Below, piece after piece: positions 1 to 8,349 of a stretch of DNA of 64,000 nt. The position numbers were made by a program, and so were the translations under genes. How positions within the stretch are numbered: the first letter of the stretch is position 1; every line of letters begins with the position of its first letter. The DNA is from Streptomyces sp. enrichment culture (GTDB taxonomy: Bacteria > Actinomycetota > Actinomycetes > Streptomycetales > Streptomycetaceae). The stretch covers positions 54,038-118,037 of the forward strand of contig NZ_OZ186875.1 in NCBI RefSeq assembly GCF_964273145.1, read 5' to 3'. Under the pieces are notes generated by a model. That model saw only the letters and a list, made by a program, of their open reading frames with translations, had not been told where the DNA came from and did no database searches.

Positions 1-1
1 A

Positions 2-934
2 CTCCGCACTCGCGTGGAAGGCGAAGAAACCTTTCTGTACAGCGTTCACCCGGATCGTGCGGCGGGTGCCGGAGGACGGGGCGGTCATGGGCTCCGGCTC
101 CGCCTCGATCCAGCACGGGTCGTCGAACTCGACATAGCGGTTGAACGAGACGTCCATCGACGTCGGCAGCACCGCTCCCGCCCGTCCGGGCTCCACGGCG
201 TGCGCCGCCTGGCGCACGGACTCCAGCAGCAGCATGCCCGGGACGTGGTCGAGGGCGTGGTCGAAGAGGACGGGGTGGCTGGTGTCGACGCGGAGCCGCC
301 AGCGCTGCCGCTCAGACGTCGGCGCGAGGACGATGTCCTGCTTGCGGAGCCGGCCGACCGCGTTGCGCGAGACGGGCTCCGGCGGCTGCGGCGCCTTCGC
401 GAACACCTCGCCGACCTCGCCCCGGCCCGCGCGCAGGCGCCGGTAGACGGCGGGGGAGTGGCTGGCGAAGCGGACGCTGGCCGTGGCGAACGGGGCCCCG
501 TGGCGGACCGCTTCCAGGTGCATGGACATCGTGGCCGGCACCGCGCGGCGGTAGCGGATGTCCGAACAGACCACGTGGAGCTGGATGTCCGCGGGGGTGG
601 CCTCGACGCGCAGGGCGTCCGGGTCGACGGTGAACTGCAGACGGGACCAGGTGAGGTGATAGCCGAGCGGGATGTGGTAGCCGACGTGGGCGAGCAGGGT
701 GCTGGTCTGCCGGATGGTCTCGCACAGCAGCAGCGGGTCGTGCAGTCCGTGTTCGGGGACGTAGAAGCTGTGGCAGCGGGGCCACTGGACGGTGACGGTG
801 AAGGTGTCGCGTCCCCGCCTGTCCCAACCGGTCGGCAGGACTTCCGACAGGGCCGCTCGGTGCACGTACTCTCTGGCGACAGTCGTGGTCAGCGCGGGTG
901 CGGCGGCGCTGTGCGGTTCTGCAGTTGTGAGCAT
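2..934 (-). CDS. afsA: AfsA/ScbA-family gamma-butyrolactone/butenolide synthase (3' end runs off the window; absent from the ORF track)
   Basis: Manual translation from ATG 934 (RBS GGGGAGAGG): MLTTAEPHS...EYVHRAALSEV...QWPRCHSFY...LLLCETIRQ...HPVLFDHALDHVPGMLLLESVRQ...RYVEFDDPCWI. Both ExxRQ hotdog motifs are present. Divergent from a GBL receptor. Confidence 0.93.
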   Translation of the reverse strand, partial: MLTTAEPHSAAAPALTTTVAREYVHRAALSEVLPTGWDRRGRDTFTVTVQWPRCHSFYVPEHGLHDPLLLCETIRQTSTLLAHVGYHIPLGYHLTWSRLQFTVDPDALRVEATPADIQLHVVCSDIRYRRAVPATMSMHLEAVRHGAPFATASVRFASHSPAVYRRLRAGRGEVGEVFAKAPQPPEPVSRNAVGRLRKQDIVLAPTSERQRWRLRVDTSHPVLFDHALDHVPGMLLLESVRQAAHAVEPGRAGAVLPTSMDVSFNRYVEFDDPCWIEAEPEPMTAPSSGTRRTIRVNAVQKGFFAFHASAE

Positions 935-994
935 GCCTCTCCCCATGGCGTGCGTCGTCCCCCAAGCCCCGCCCAACCGGCCGGGCGGGGCTAT

Positions 995-1019
995 AAAATA
1001 GTGGTTGTTCGTTTTTTTT
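995..1019. promoter_or_regulatory. ARE-like box 1 (GBL receptor operator)
   Basis: AATAG-TGGTTGTTCGT-TTTTTTT in the afsA/receptor intergenic region; same geometry as boxes at 4378 and 21598. Confidence 0.75.
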
Positions 1020-1041
1020 GTCGAGAGGAAGCCCACCGCTC

Positions 1042-1659
1042 ATGGTGAAGCTGCAGCAGGACCGAGCGATCAGGACGCGGCAAAGCATCATCAGGGGGGC
1101 CGCCGAGGTCTTCGACGAATACGGGTTCAACGGTGCCAGCATCAGCAGAATCATGAAACGGGCCGGCGTCTCCCAGGGGGCGATGTACTTCCACTTCAAG
1201 TCCAAGGAGGACCTCGCCCGCGCCGTGATGAACGCGCAGCCCGACACGGTCGTCCCGCGGCTGGACTCGCACGGGTTGCAGCGGATCGTGGACATGACGT
1301 TCGTGTGGGCGTGGCAGATCCAGCGGGACGTCCTGCTGCGTGCGGGGGTGCGCCTGACCAACGAACAGGAAGGCACCAGCGTCCGCGACGCCTCGCCGTA
1401 CCAGGAGTGGGCGCAGATCCTCGAGGTCACCCTGCGTCAGGCGCAGCAGGAGGGCGAGGTCGTCGAGTCGGTCGACGTCCGCCGGCTCTCCGAGTTCCTC
1501 GTCAGCGCGTGCACGGGCATGCAGATGTACGCGAACGCCGCCAGCGGGCGCCGGGACCTGCCCGAGCGGGTCGCGGCGATGTGGCAGATCCTCCTGCCGG
1601 GCATCGCCACCGAGCGGATCGCCGGATCGGTCGACCTGGACGCGCACCGCTTCGCCTGA
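1042..1659 (+). CDS. ArpA/ScbR-type gamma-butyrolactone receptor (TetR family)
   Basis: QQDRAIRTRQSII...VFDEYGF...GAMYFHFKSKEDLA HTH, conserved Trp in PYQEW, divergent from afsA. Confidence 0.9.
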   Translation: MVKLQQDRAIRTRQSIIRGAAEVFDEYGFNGASISRIMKRAGVSQGAMYFHFKSKEDLARAVMNAQPDTVVPRLDSHGLQRIVDMTFVWAWQIQRDVLLRAGVRLTNEQEGTSVRDASPYQEWAQILEVTLRQAQQEGEVVESVDVRRLSEFLVSACTGMQMYANAASGRRDLPERVAAMWQILLPGIATERIAGSVDLDAHRFA

Positions 1660-1745
1660 CCGCCGCGCCGTCGCCCGGCCGCCGCGCCGCCGACGTCCCC
1701 CGCCCGGCCGTCCCCGCCCCCGACGATCACAGGAGGGACCCTTTC

Positions 1746-2459
1746 GTGCCCAGTGGACTTCGGCAGCTGCGCCTGGCCGCACTCAACATCGACGGCGTCC
1801 TGCTGAACGACACGTTCAGCCCGGTCATCCACCACTTCGTCGTCAGCCGGGGCGGCCGGTACACGGCCGAGGTGGAGCGGAACGTCTTCTCCCAGCCCCA
1901 GCAGACGGCGAGCGCCTACCTGGCGCGCGCGGTGCCCGTGCCCATGACGGGCCCGCAGGCGCTGCGGGAGTACTTCGCCGAACGCGACGCCTACCTGCGC
2001 GAGAACCCGGTCCGGGTGTCCGACGGCGCCGTCGACCTGGTGCGCCGCGCACGGGGCCTGGGACTGCGGACGGTCTGCTACGGCGGGCTGGGCAGGGAGC
2101 ACTTCGACCGCTTCCTGGGCCGGTGGGCCCATCTGTTCGACGGGCCCGGCTACGTGTGCACCAACGACGTCCGGCCCGGGATCCGGGAGATCACCCAGGA
2201 CGTCTTCGGCCTCGCCCACGACCAGGTGCTCTTCGTCGACGACGTGGCCCGCGTGGCGGAGAGCGCCAGGGAACTCGGCGTGCCGTTCATCGGCCGGCCC
2301 AGCACCTTCGAGCACAGCTTCCAGCGCCGGCTGATGAGACGGGCGGGCGTGCGCCACCTCGTGGAGTCGCTGCACGCCATCGATGAGACGATGCTGCGCG
2401 CCGTCGACACGCAGGCCGCCGACGGCACGGTCTGGGCCGGCGCGCGGACACGCTGCTGA
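1746..2459 (+). CDS. HAD-family phosphatase, probable autoregulator-biosynthesis phosphatase
   Basis: GTG after AGGAGGG; LNIDGVLLND motif I variant and LFVDD motif IV; lies within the GBL locus. Confidence 0.7.
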   Translation: MPSGLRQLRLAALNIDGVLLNDTFSPVIHHFVVSRGGRYTAEVERNVFSQPQQTASAYLARAVPVPMTGPQALREYFAERDAYLRENPVRVSDGAVDLVRRARGLGLRTVCYGGLGREHFDRFLGRWAHLFDGPGYVCTNDVRPGIREITQDVFGLAHDQVLFVDDVARVAESARELGVPFIGRPSTFEHSFQRRLMRRAGVRHLVESLHAIDETMLRAVDTQAADGTVWAGARTRC

Positions 2460-2528
2460 CCGGACGGGGCGAGACCCGCACGGGCTCCGGCCGGCGTCTT
2501 TCCATCGCTGTTCAGGGGGGTAGGGACC

Positions 2529-3320
2529 ATGAACCGGGACAACGGGAGCACGCAGAGATCCGGCGGGCTGCTCGGGGGACGGGTGGCCATGATCACCGGG
2601 GCTTCCAGCGGTATCGGCGCGGCGGCGGCGCGGCTGTTCGCCGCGGAGGGGGCGGCCGTCGTCCTCATGGCCCGGCGCGAGGAGCGCCTGAGGCGGCTCG
2701 CCGACACCATCGCCGCGGGCGGGGGCCGGGCGCTGGCCGCACCGGGCGACGTCACGAACACCGAGGACGTACGCCGGGTGGTGGCCATGGCGGAGGAGGC
2801 GTTCGGCCACCTGGACGTGGCCTTCAACAACGCCGGCTGGGGCACCGCGGGCACGAAACTGCACGAGACCGCGGACGCCGAGTTCGACAAGGTGATGGCG
2901 GTCAACGTGGGCGGCCTGTGGAACTGCCTGCGCCACCAGGTGCCGGCGATGCTCCGCGCCGGGGCAGGGTCCGTGGTCAACACCGCCAGTACGGCGGGCG
3001 TCCTGGCGACGAGTGCGGGAGCGCCCTACATCGCCGCCAAGCACGCGGTGATCGGGCTGTCGAAGGCCGCCGCGGCCGAGTACGGCGAACGGGGGATCCG
3101 GGTCAATTCCCTGGTGGTGGGCTGCACGCGGACCGAACTGATCGAGGGAGCGGTGAAGGAACGGCCGCACCTGGAGGAAGTGTTCGCCACCCGCCAGATC
3201 CAAAAACGCATGGCGGACCCGTACGAAGTGGCGCATGCCGCGCTCTGGCTCGCCGGCCCGCACGCCTCCTTCGTCACGGGGACGGCGATGGCCGTGGACG
3301 GCGGTCGGACCGCCATCTGA
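2529..3320 (+). CDS. SDR oxidoreductase (ScbB-like autoregulator reductase)
   Basis: TGASSGIG, NNAG and YIAAK motifs; GBL-locus context. Confidence 0.85.
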   Translation: MNRDNGSTQRSGGLLGGRVAMITGASSGIGAAAARLFAAEGAAVVLMARREERLRRLADTIAAGGGRALAAPGDVTNTEDVRRVVAMAEEAFGHLDVAFNNAGWGTAGTKLHETADAEFDKVMAVNVGGLWNCLRHQVPAMLRAGAGSVVNTASTAGVLATSAGAPYIAAKHAVIGLSKAAAAEYGERGIRVNSLVVGCTRTELIEGAVKERPHLEEVFATRQIQKRMADPYEVAHAALWLAGPHASFVTGTAMAVDGGRTAI

Positions 3321-3376
3321 GACGACCGCCTCGACGGGGTGCCGGACGGACCGGCGCGGGTCCGCCCGGCACGCAG

Positions 3377-4060
3377 TCAGTCGGCCGGCTCCCCCGTCGC
3401 CGTCGTGTCCGGCCGGGCACCGGCCGGACACGACGGCGAGGACACGGGCCGCGGCCGGCCGGCCGCGGACGGCTCGTCGGCGGACAGGCCCACGAGCGCC
3501 AGGTGCCAGATCCGCTTGAGCTGGGCGACGGCGCTGTCGAACGCGGGGTTCGAGCCCATCCGTGTGCGCAGGTATGCCTCCGCCCCGCTGGTCAGGTGCT
3601 CCACGAGCATCGTGACGTCGGCGGGCAGGGCGTCGGTGTGGAGCTGGCCGTTCTCGTACGCCCGGTCGAGCAGGCCGCGGACCATCGGCAGCCAGGAGTC
3701 CGACCAGGCCTCGGCGTTCGGGCGTTCGCGGGTCAGACGGATGGCGGACCGCACCGAAGGCTCCCGCTCCATCAGCCTCACCAGCTCCAGCGTGAGGTCG
3801 ACGACCAGACGCAGCGGCGGCGCCGAGGAGGCGGGAAGGTCCTTCAGCGCGGCCAGGGTCACCGACCGCCCCTCCTCCTGCACCGCGTCCGCCAGATGCG
3901 CCTTGGAGGGAAAGTGGAAGGTCACCGCCCCGATCGACAGGCCCGCCGCCGCGCTGATCCGTGACAGCGACGTCGCGTCGTACCCGTGGCGGTCGAATTC
4001 CTCGGCCGCCGCCTTGATCAGGGCCTGACGCGTGCGCAGGGCCCTCTCTTGTTTCACCAC
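3377..4060 (-). CDS. Second ScbR-family TetR regulator (probable pseudo-GBL receptor)
   Basis: VKQERALRTRQALI...EFDRHGY...GAVTFHFPSK; GTG start after GGGAG. Confidence 0.85.
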   Translation of the reverse strand: MVKQERALRTRQALIKAAAEEFDRHGYDATSLSRISAAAGLSIGAVTFHFPSKAHLADAVQEEGRSVTLAALKDLPASSAPPLRLVVDLTLELVRLMEREPSVRSAIRLTRERPNAEAWSDSWLPMVRGLLDRAYENGQLHTDALPADVTMLVEHLTSGAEAYLRTRMGSNPAFDSAVAQLKRIWHLALVGLSADEPSAAGRPRPVSSPSCPAGARPDTTATGEPAD

Positions 4061-4377
4061 ACCGTCTCCCGAAGAGGGCTCCGAGCGGCCGGGGAGTCCA
4101 GGGACCCGGCCGCGGCCGGTCCGCGCACCGCCCGGGCGTCCCGCAGAGAACAGACGTTCACCTTCCGCTCCAAGGCTGGCGCTCCCCTCCGGCTCGGGAC
4201 AAGGCGGAGTTGCCCAAGGTGTCCCGGACCTCTGCAGCTCACAGGGGGGACCGGGGCGGGCGGCGGGGCGGCCCGGGGGGTGGCGGACCGCTCCCGCGGA
4301 GCGCTGGAGCCATCCCCTCGGCCGGGCGCGGCGGGGACCGACTTGGCGAAGTGCATGCGGCAACTCTCCTGAGTCGC

Positions 4378-4406
4378 AAAAAAAAGAGGGCGTTCGCTAT
4401 TATTTT
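4378..4406. promoter_or_regulatory. ARE-like box 2
   Basis: Reverse strand reads AATAG-CGAACGCCCTC-TTTTTTTT; between the pseudo-receptor and the TylR-like gene. Confidence 0.75.
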
Positions 4407-4452
4407 ACTGCCGGTCGGCGGCCGCACACCGAGATCAGGGAGGGAACTCGCC

Positions 4453-5661
4453 ATGGGCGCGCATGCTCTGACGGCCGATCACGTCTCGATATCCGCTTTC
4501 TCCGAAAGGATTTTCGAGTGTCTGCCGCGGGTCGACCAGCGGCGCTGGGCCCGTGCCTACCTGCAGGGCCTGCTCACCACCCCGGGCAAGAAGTCGGTAC
4601 GCCGGCTCGCCGCGGCGGTCTCGTCCTCACCGGCCGCGTCGCAGTCGCTGCACCAGTTCGTCAACGCCAGTCCCTGGGACTGGGGGCCCGTCCGGGCGGA
4701 GCTCACTCGGTGGGCCGAGCAGCGCGGCACGCCCCCGCGCGCCTGCGTGGTCGGGCAGGCGGTGCTGCGCAAGCGGGGTGAGCACTCCTGCGGCGTGCAC
4801 CGCCGCTTCCTGGCCTCCACGGGCCGCTCGGTCACCTGCCAGGTGGGCATCGGCATGTTCCTGTCCTCCCCCGGCCGGGCCGTGCCGGTCGACTGGCGCC
4901 TGCTGCTCCCCGGTTCCTGGGCGAAGGACCCCGAGCGCCGTGCCCGGACCCGCATCCCCGCCGAGGTGGGTCCCCGCTCCGCCGAGCAGCACGTCCTCGA
5001 CCTCGTCGACACGCTCGCCGCCAACAGCCGGACCGCGCCCCTGCCGGTCGTCGCCGATCTGGAGGCCGTCGGCGGGACCAGCGCGGCGACCCTGCTGCAG
5101 GGCCTCTCCCTGCGCGGGCGGGACTTCGTGGTCGCCGTACCCGGCAGGCTCCAGGTGGCCGTGGGCTGGCGCCTGCGGCCGCAGTCCTCCCGCGGGCGGG
5201 ACGGGCAGGACCTGGTGCTCGCGGCGCGCCGCCTGTTCGAGTCCGACGCCGGCACCTTGACCCGGCTGGAGAGCGTGGCCCCCTGGGACGGGCGCGGCCG
5301 GCACACCACGGTCATGTCCGGCTTCGTGCGCCTGCCCGGTTCGGGACGGGCCGGTGAGCGCACCGACCGCACCCACCGGCTCTTCGCCGTCCGCCCCGAG
5401 GGGGGACGGAGCCCCGCCCAGCTGTGGCTGACCAGCCTCACGCACACCCGCATGGAGACGGTGCTCGCCCTGACGCAGACGCTCGCGCAGGCCGAGCAGT
5501 CCGTGCGCGCGATGGCGGACGGCTTCGGCCTGTCCGACTTCGAGGGCCGCTCCTACCCCGGCTGGCACCACCACATGACGCTGGTGTCGGCCGCGTACGC
5601 CTACCACCGCCTCGAACGGCGCCCCACGGGCGAGGGGGAGCGGACGCTCGCCGCCGCCTGA
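4453..5661 (+). CDS. TylR/SgcR3-like pathway regulator with an IS701 transposase-like sequence
   Basis: IS701-like motifs (YLQGLL..PGKKS, LHQFV..SPWD, CQVG, FEGRSYPGWHHH) but the first catalytic DD motif reads VGQA. Position next to E1 matches sgcR3-type genes. Confidence 0.7.
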   Translation: MGAHALTADHVSISAFSERIFECLPRVDQRRWARAYLQGLLTTPGKKSVRRLAAAVSSSPAASQSLHQFVNASPWDWGPVRAELTRWAEQRGTPPRACVVGQAVLRKRGEHSCGVHRRFLASTGRSVTCQVGIGMFLSSPGRAVPVDWRLLLPGSWAKDPERRARTRIPAEVGPRSAEQHVLDLVDTLAANSRTAPLPVVADLEAVGGTSAATLLQGLSLRGRDFVVAVPGRLQVAVGWRLRPQSSRGRDGQDLVLAARRLFESDAGTLTRLESVAPWDGRGRHTTVMSGFVRLPGSGRAGERTDRTHRLFAVRPEGGRSPAQLWLTSLTHTRMETVLALTQTLAQAEQSVRAMADGFGLSDFEGRSYPGWHHHMTLVSAAYAYHRLERRPTGEGERTLAAA

Positions 5662-5702
5662 GCGGACCGCGGCGCGTGAACCCGGCGCGTCTTCGCCAAC
5701 TC

Positions 5703-5721
5703 GGGTACCTTCACGCAACTC
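5703..5721. promoter_or_regulatory. Candidate HxlR (E1) operator
   Basis: GGGTACCTTCACGCAACTC just upstream of E1; similar 19-mers at 24056, 24089 and 28499. Confidence 0.5.
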
Positions 5722-5742
5722 GCCCGGCCCTAAAGTGAGCCC

Positions 5743-6186
5743 ATGCTGAGACACACGTACGAGGGACAGGACTGCAACCTCGCCCGGACCCTGGAGGTCA
5801 TCGGCGAGCGCTGGACCCTGCTGATCATCCGCTCGGCGCTGCTCGGCACCACCCGCTTCGACGGGTTCCTCTCCCACCTGGACATCGCGCGCAACGTGCT
5901 GTCCTCGCGGCTCAACCGGCTGGTCGAGCACGGCATCATGGAGCGGGTGCCCTACCAGGACAAGCCGGTGCGCCACGAGTACCGGCTCACCGCGGCCGGC
6001 CGGGACCTGACCGGGGCGGTCGTCGCCCTGATGCAGTGGGGGGACCGCAACCTGCCGCAGGAGCTGGGCCCGCCGCGCCGGGCCGACCACATCGGCTGCA
6101 CGGGAACCGTCCGGGCCGAGCTGCGCTGCACGGACTGCGGACGCGCCGTGCACGACGAGGAGGTGGACGTCCGCCGCATCCGCTGA
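5743..6186 (+). CDS. sgcE1: HxlR-family winged-helix regulator, enediyne E1
   Basis: CNLARTLEVIGERWTLLIIR...EYRLT..GRDL; directly upstream of E2. Confidence 0.85.
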   Translation: MLRHTYEGQDCNLARTLEVIGERWTLLIIRSALLGTTRFDGFLSHLDIARNVLSSRLNRLVEHGIMERVPYQDKPVRHEYRLTAAGRDLTGAVVALMQWGDRNLPQELGPPRRADHIGCTGTVRAELRCTDCGRAVHDEEVDVRRIR

Positions 6187-6291
6187 ACAGCGCGGGGGAG
6201 CGCACGGACGAAGATGCCGCCCCGGGGCCGGTCCGCCCACGATGACAGCCCCCGCCGCCGAAGAGGAGGCGGCGCGTACGAGGAGGCGTCC

Positions 6292-7269
6292 GTGCCCGCA
6301 CTGGGAGCGCTGCGCAGGCTGGTCATGGCTCCGTCCCTGCAGGACGTCGGCTTCGCCGGACGAGGTTTCGACATCAGGCCCGACGAGCGCACCCGCCGGC
6401 TGGAAGCCGTGCCCCAGGCCGTGGTCACCGGCTTCGAGTGGGGCATCGAGGACCGGGACCTGGCCACCACCGAGCGCCGGCTCGCGCTGGTCGACCCGCT
6501 CCACCGGGGCTTCGCCTACGAGGGCGCCACCATGGCGTGCGCGATCCGCGACGCGATGAGCCGCGGCGGCCACCGCACCCGGGACCTGCTGCGCGGCGGC
6601 GGCAGGCCGCACATCTTCCTCAACTACATCGGCATCGGCTTCGCCATGGCGAAGCTGCCCCGGCCGCTGTGGAGGAAGTTCCTGCCCGACCTGACCGAAC
6701 CGGACCTGTACCCGGCGATGAGCTGGCTGTGCGTCGACGGCTACGGCTTCGACCGCGCCTACTTCGACACCGGCACCTGGGTGGACGGACAGCGCCTGGA
6801 CACCCCCTACGACTGGGACGGCGCCCCCTCCTACTGGCAGCGCGCCTTCGACCAGGGGGTCGGCCGCGCCCTGTGGTTCATCCACGGCGGGCACGTCGGC
6901 AACGTGTCCGCGGCCGTGGGGGCGTTCGCGGACGGGCGGCGGGCGGATCTGTGGAGCGGCGTCGGTCTCGCCGCCACCTTCGCGGGCGGCACCACGGCCG
7001 CCGGCCTGGCCGCGCTGCGCGCGCGGGCGGGGGACTTCGCCGGCCACCTGGCGCAGGGCGCGGTGTTCGCGGCCAAGGCCCGCCACCACGCCGGGTTCGT
7101 CCCCGAGCACAGCAGCGCCGCCGTGCACGCGTTCACCGGACGCACCGTCGAGGCCGTCGCGCGACTGGCCGACGACTGCGCGGCCACCGCGCCCGGGGAC
7201 GGGGCCACGCCGGCCTACGAGGTCTGGCGGCGCAATGTGCGGGCGCAATTGAGCACCGCCGTTGTTTGA
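6292..7269 (+). CDS. sgcE2: Enediyne biosynthesis protein E2 (UnbL/DUF1702 family)
   Basis: GFAYEGA, DGYGFDRAYF and DQGVGRALWF motifs; paralog of the next gene; AGGAGG RBS. Confidence 0.88.
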   Translation: MPALGALRRLVMAPSLQDVGFAGRGFDIRPDERTRRLEAVPQAVVTGFEWGIEDRDLATTERRLALVDPLHRGFAYEGATMACAIRDAMSRGGHRTRDLLRGGGRPHIFLNYIGIGFAMAKLPRPLWRKFLPDLTEPDLYPAMSWLCVDGYGFDRAYFDTGTWVDGQRLDTPYDWDGAPSYWQRAFDQGVGRALWFIHGGHVGNVSAAVGAFADGRRADLWSGVGLAATFAGGTTAAGLAALRARAGDFAGHLAQGAVFAAKARHHAGFVPEHSSAAVHAFTGRTVEAVARLADDCAATAPGDGATPAYEVWRRNVRAQLSTAVV

Positions 7270-7359
7270 GCACATCTGAAGTAGACGCCGCTCCGGGGCG
7301 CCTGGCTACATTCGATTCGCTCGGGGATTCCCGGGATTCGAGAGGGGCGGTTTACTGCT

Positions 7360-8349
7360 GTGTCCAGTGTATTTGGCGCACTCCGGCGTCGATTGCTCAC
7401 GCCTCCTGTTTCCGAGACGACCATGGAGGTGCGCGGATTCCATGTGAAGAACGCGGAGGCAAAAGAGCGGCTCGAATACATCGGGGAAGTATTCCTGAGG
7501 GGATACGCCCACGCGGTGGAGGCGGGCTCGCCCGCCGAGGCGGAGGAACTGCTGGAGAGCGTCCCGCGGGACGTGCGCGGCTTCGCCTACGAAGGCGCCG
7601 GCATGGGCGCCGTCGTGCACGACGCGCTGCCCGGACACGGCGGCAGGCTCCAGGGGCTGCTCGCCGGCCGGGGCCGCCACCACGACTACATGATCTACGT
7701 CGGCATGGGCTGGGCGATGGCCCGCCTGCCGAAGCCGCTGTGGCCCGACATCCCCGCCACCGACCCGCTGCTGCGCTGGCTGGCGCTGGACGGGTACGGC
7801 TTCCACCAGGCGTACTTCAGGACCGACGCGTACGTGCGCACCCCCCACGTCCAGCACCCCTTCCGCTGGCGCGGCGGCCACAACCACTACACGGCCAACG
7901 CCATCGACCAGGGCATCGGCCGCGCCCTGTGGTTCGTCGGCGGCACCGACCCCGACGTCGTCACCGGCCTGATCCGCGCCTACCCCGAACACCGCCACGG
8001 CGACCTGTACGCGGGCGCCGGGCTCGCCTGCGCCTACGCGGGCGGCGCCGGCGAGGACGAACTCGCGCACTTCGCCGAGGGCGCCGGCGAACACCGCTGG
8101 GCGCTCGCCCAGGGGTCCGCCTTCGCGACCGAGGCGCGCATCAAGGCGGGCACGGTCATCGACCACACCCATCTCGCCGCCCGCGTCGTGTGCGGCACGA
8201 CGGCCGAACGCGCCTCGCAGGTGTGCCGGGACACCAGGCCCCGGGAGACCGGCTCCCACGGAGCGTTTCCGGCCTACGAGAAATGGCGGCGCGACATCGC
8301 CGGGCAACTCGCTTCCTCTTCGCTCGTCTTGAAAGGGGCCGATCAGTGA
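7360..8349 (+). CDS. sgcE3: Enediyne biosynthesis protein E3 (UnbL/DUF1702)
   Basis: GFAYEGAGM, LDGYGFHQAYF and DQGIGRALWF motifs; first gene of the E3-E4-E5-E-E10 cassette. Confidence 0.92.
   Translation: MSSVFGALRRRLLTPPVSETTMEVRGFHVKNAEAKERLEYIGEVFLRGYAHAVEAGSPAEAEELLESVPRDVRGFAYEGAGMGAVVHDALPGHGGRLQGLLAGRGRHHDYMIYVGMGWAMARLPKPLWPDIPATDPLLRWLALDGYGFHQAYFRTDAYVRTPHVQHPFRWRGGHNHYTANAIDQGIGRALWFVGGTDPDVVTGLIRAYPEHRHGDLYAGAGLACAYAGGAGEDELAHFAEGAGEHRWALAQGSAFATEARIKAGTVIDHTHLAARVVCGTTAERASQVCRDTRPRETGSHGAFPAYEKWRRDIAGQLASSSLVLKGADQ

Noticed and set aside
14..1048. 344-aa plus-strand ORF
   Set aside because: Shadow of the afsA-like gene on the minus strand; no recognisable motifs
4405..4407. 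In-frame TTA suggesting bldA control of the TylR-like gene
   Set aside because: Lies upstream of the likely ATG (4453) at the edge of the ARE-like box; the other genes were not exhaustively scanned for TTA
4453..5661. Active IS701 insertion sequence
   Set aside because: First catalytic Asp missing, no terminal repeats seen, regulator-like synteny
7270..7312. Possible 14th promoter-motif copy before E3 (GCA-N6-AAGTAGA...TACATT)
   Set aside because: Second box diverges and spacing is 21 nt; not counted
6438..8345. Apparent 1272-aa E4 fusion
   Set aside because: The N-terminal half is an off-frame read of E2/E3; the real start is the GTG at 8346 overlapping the E3 stop
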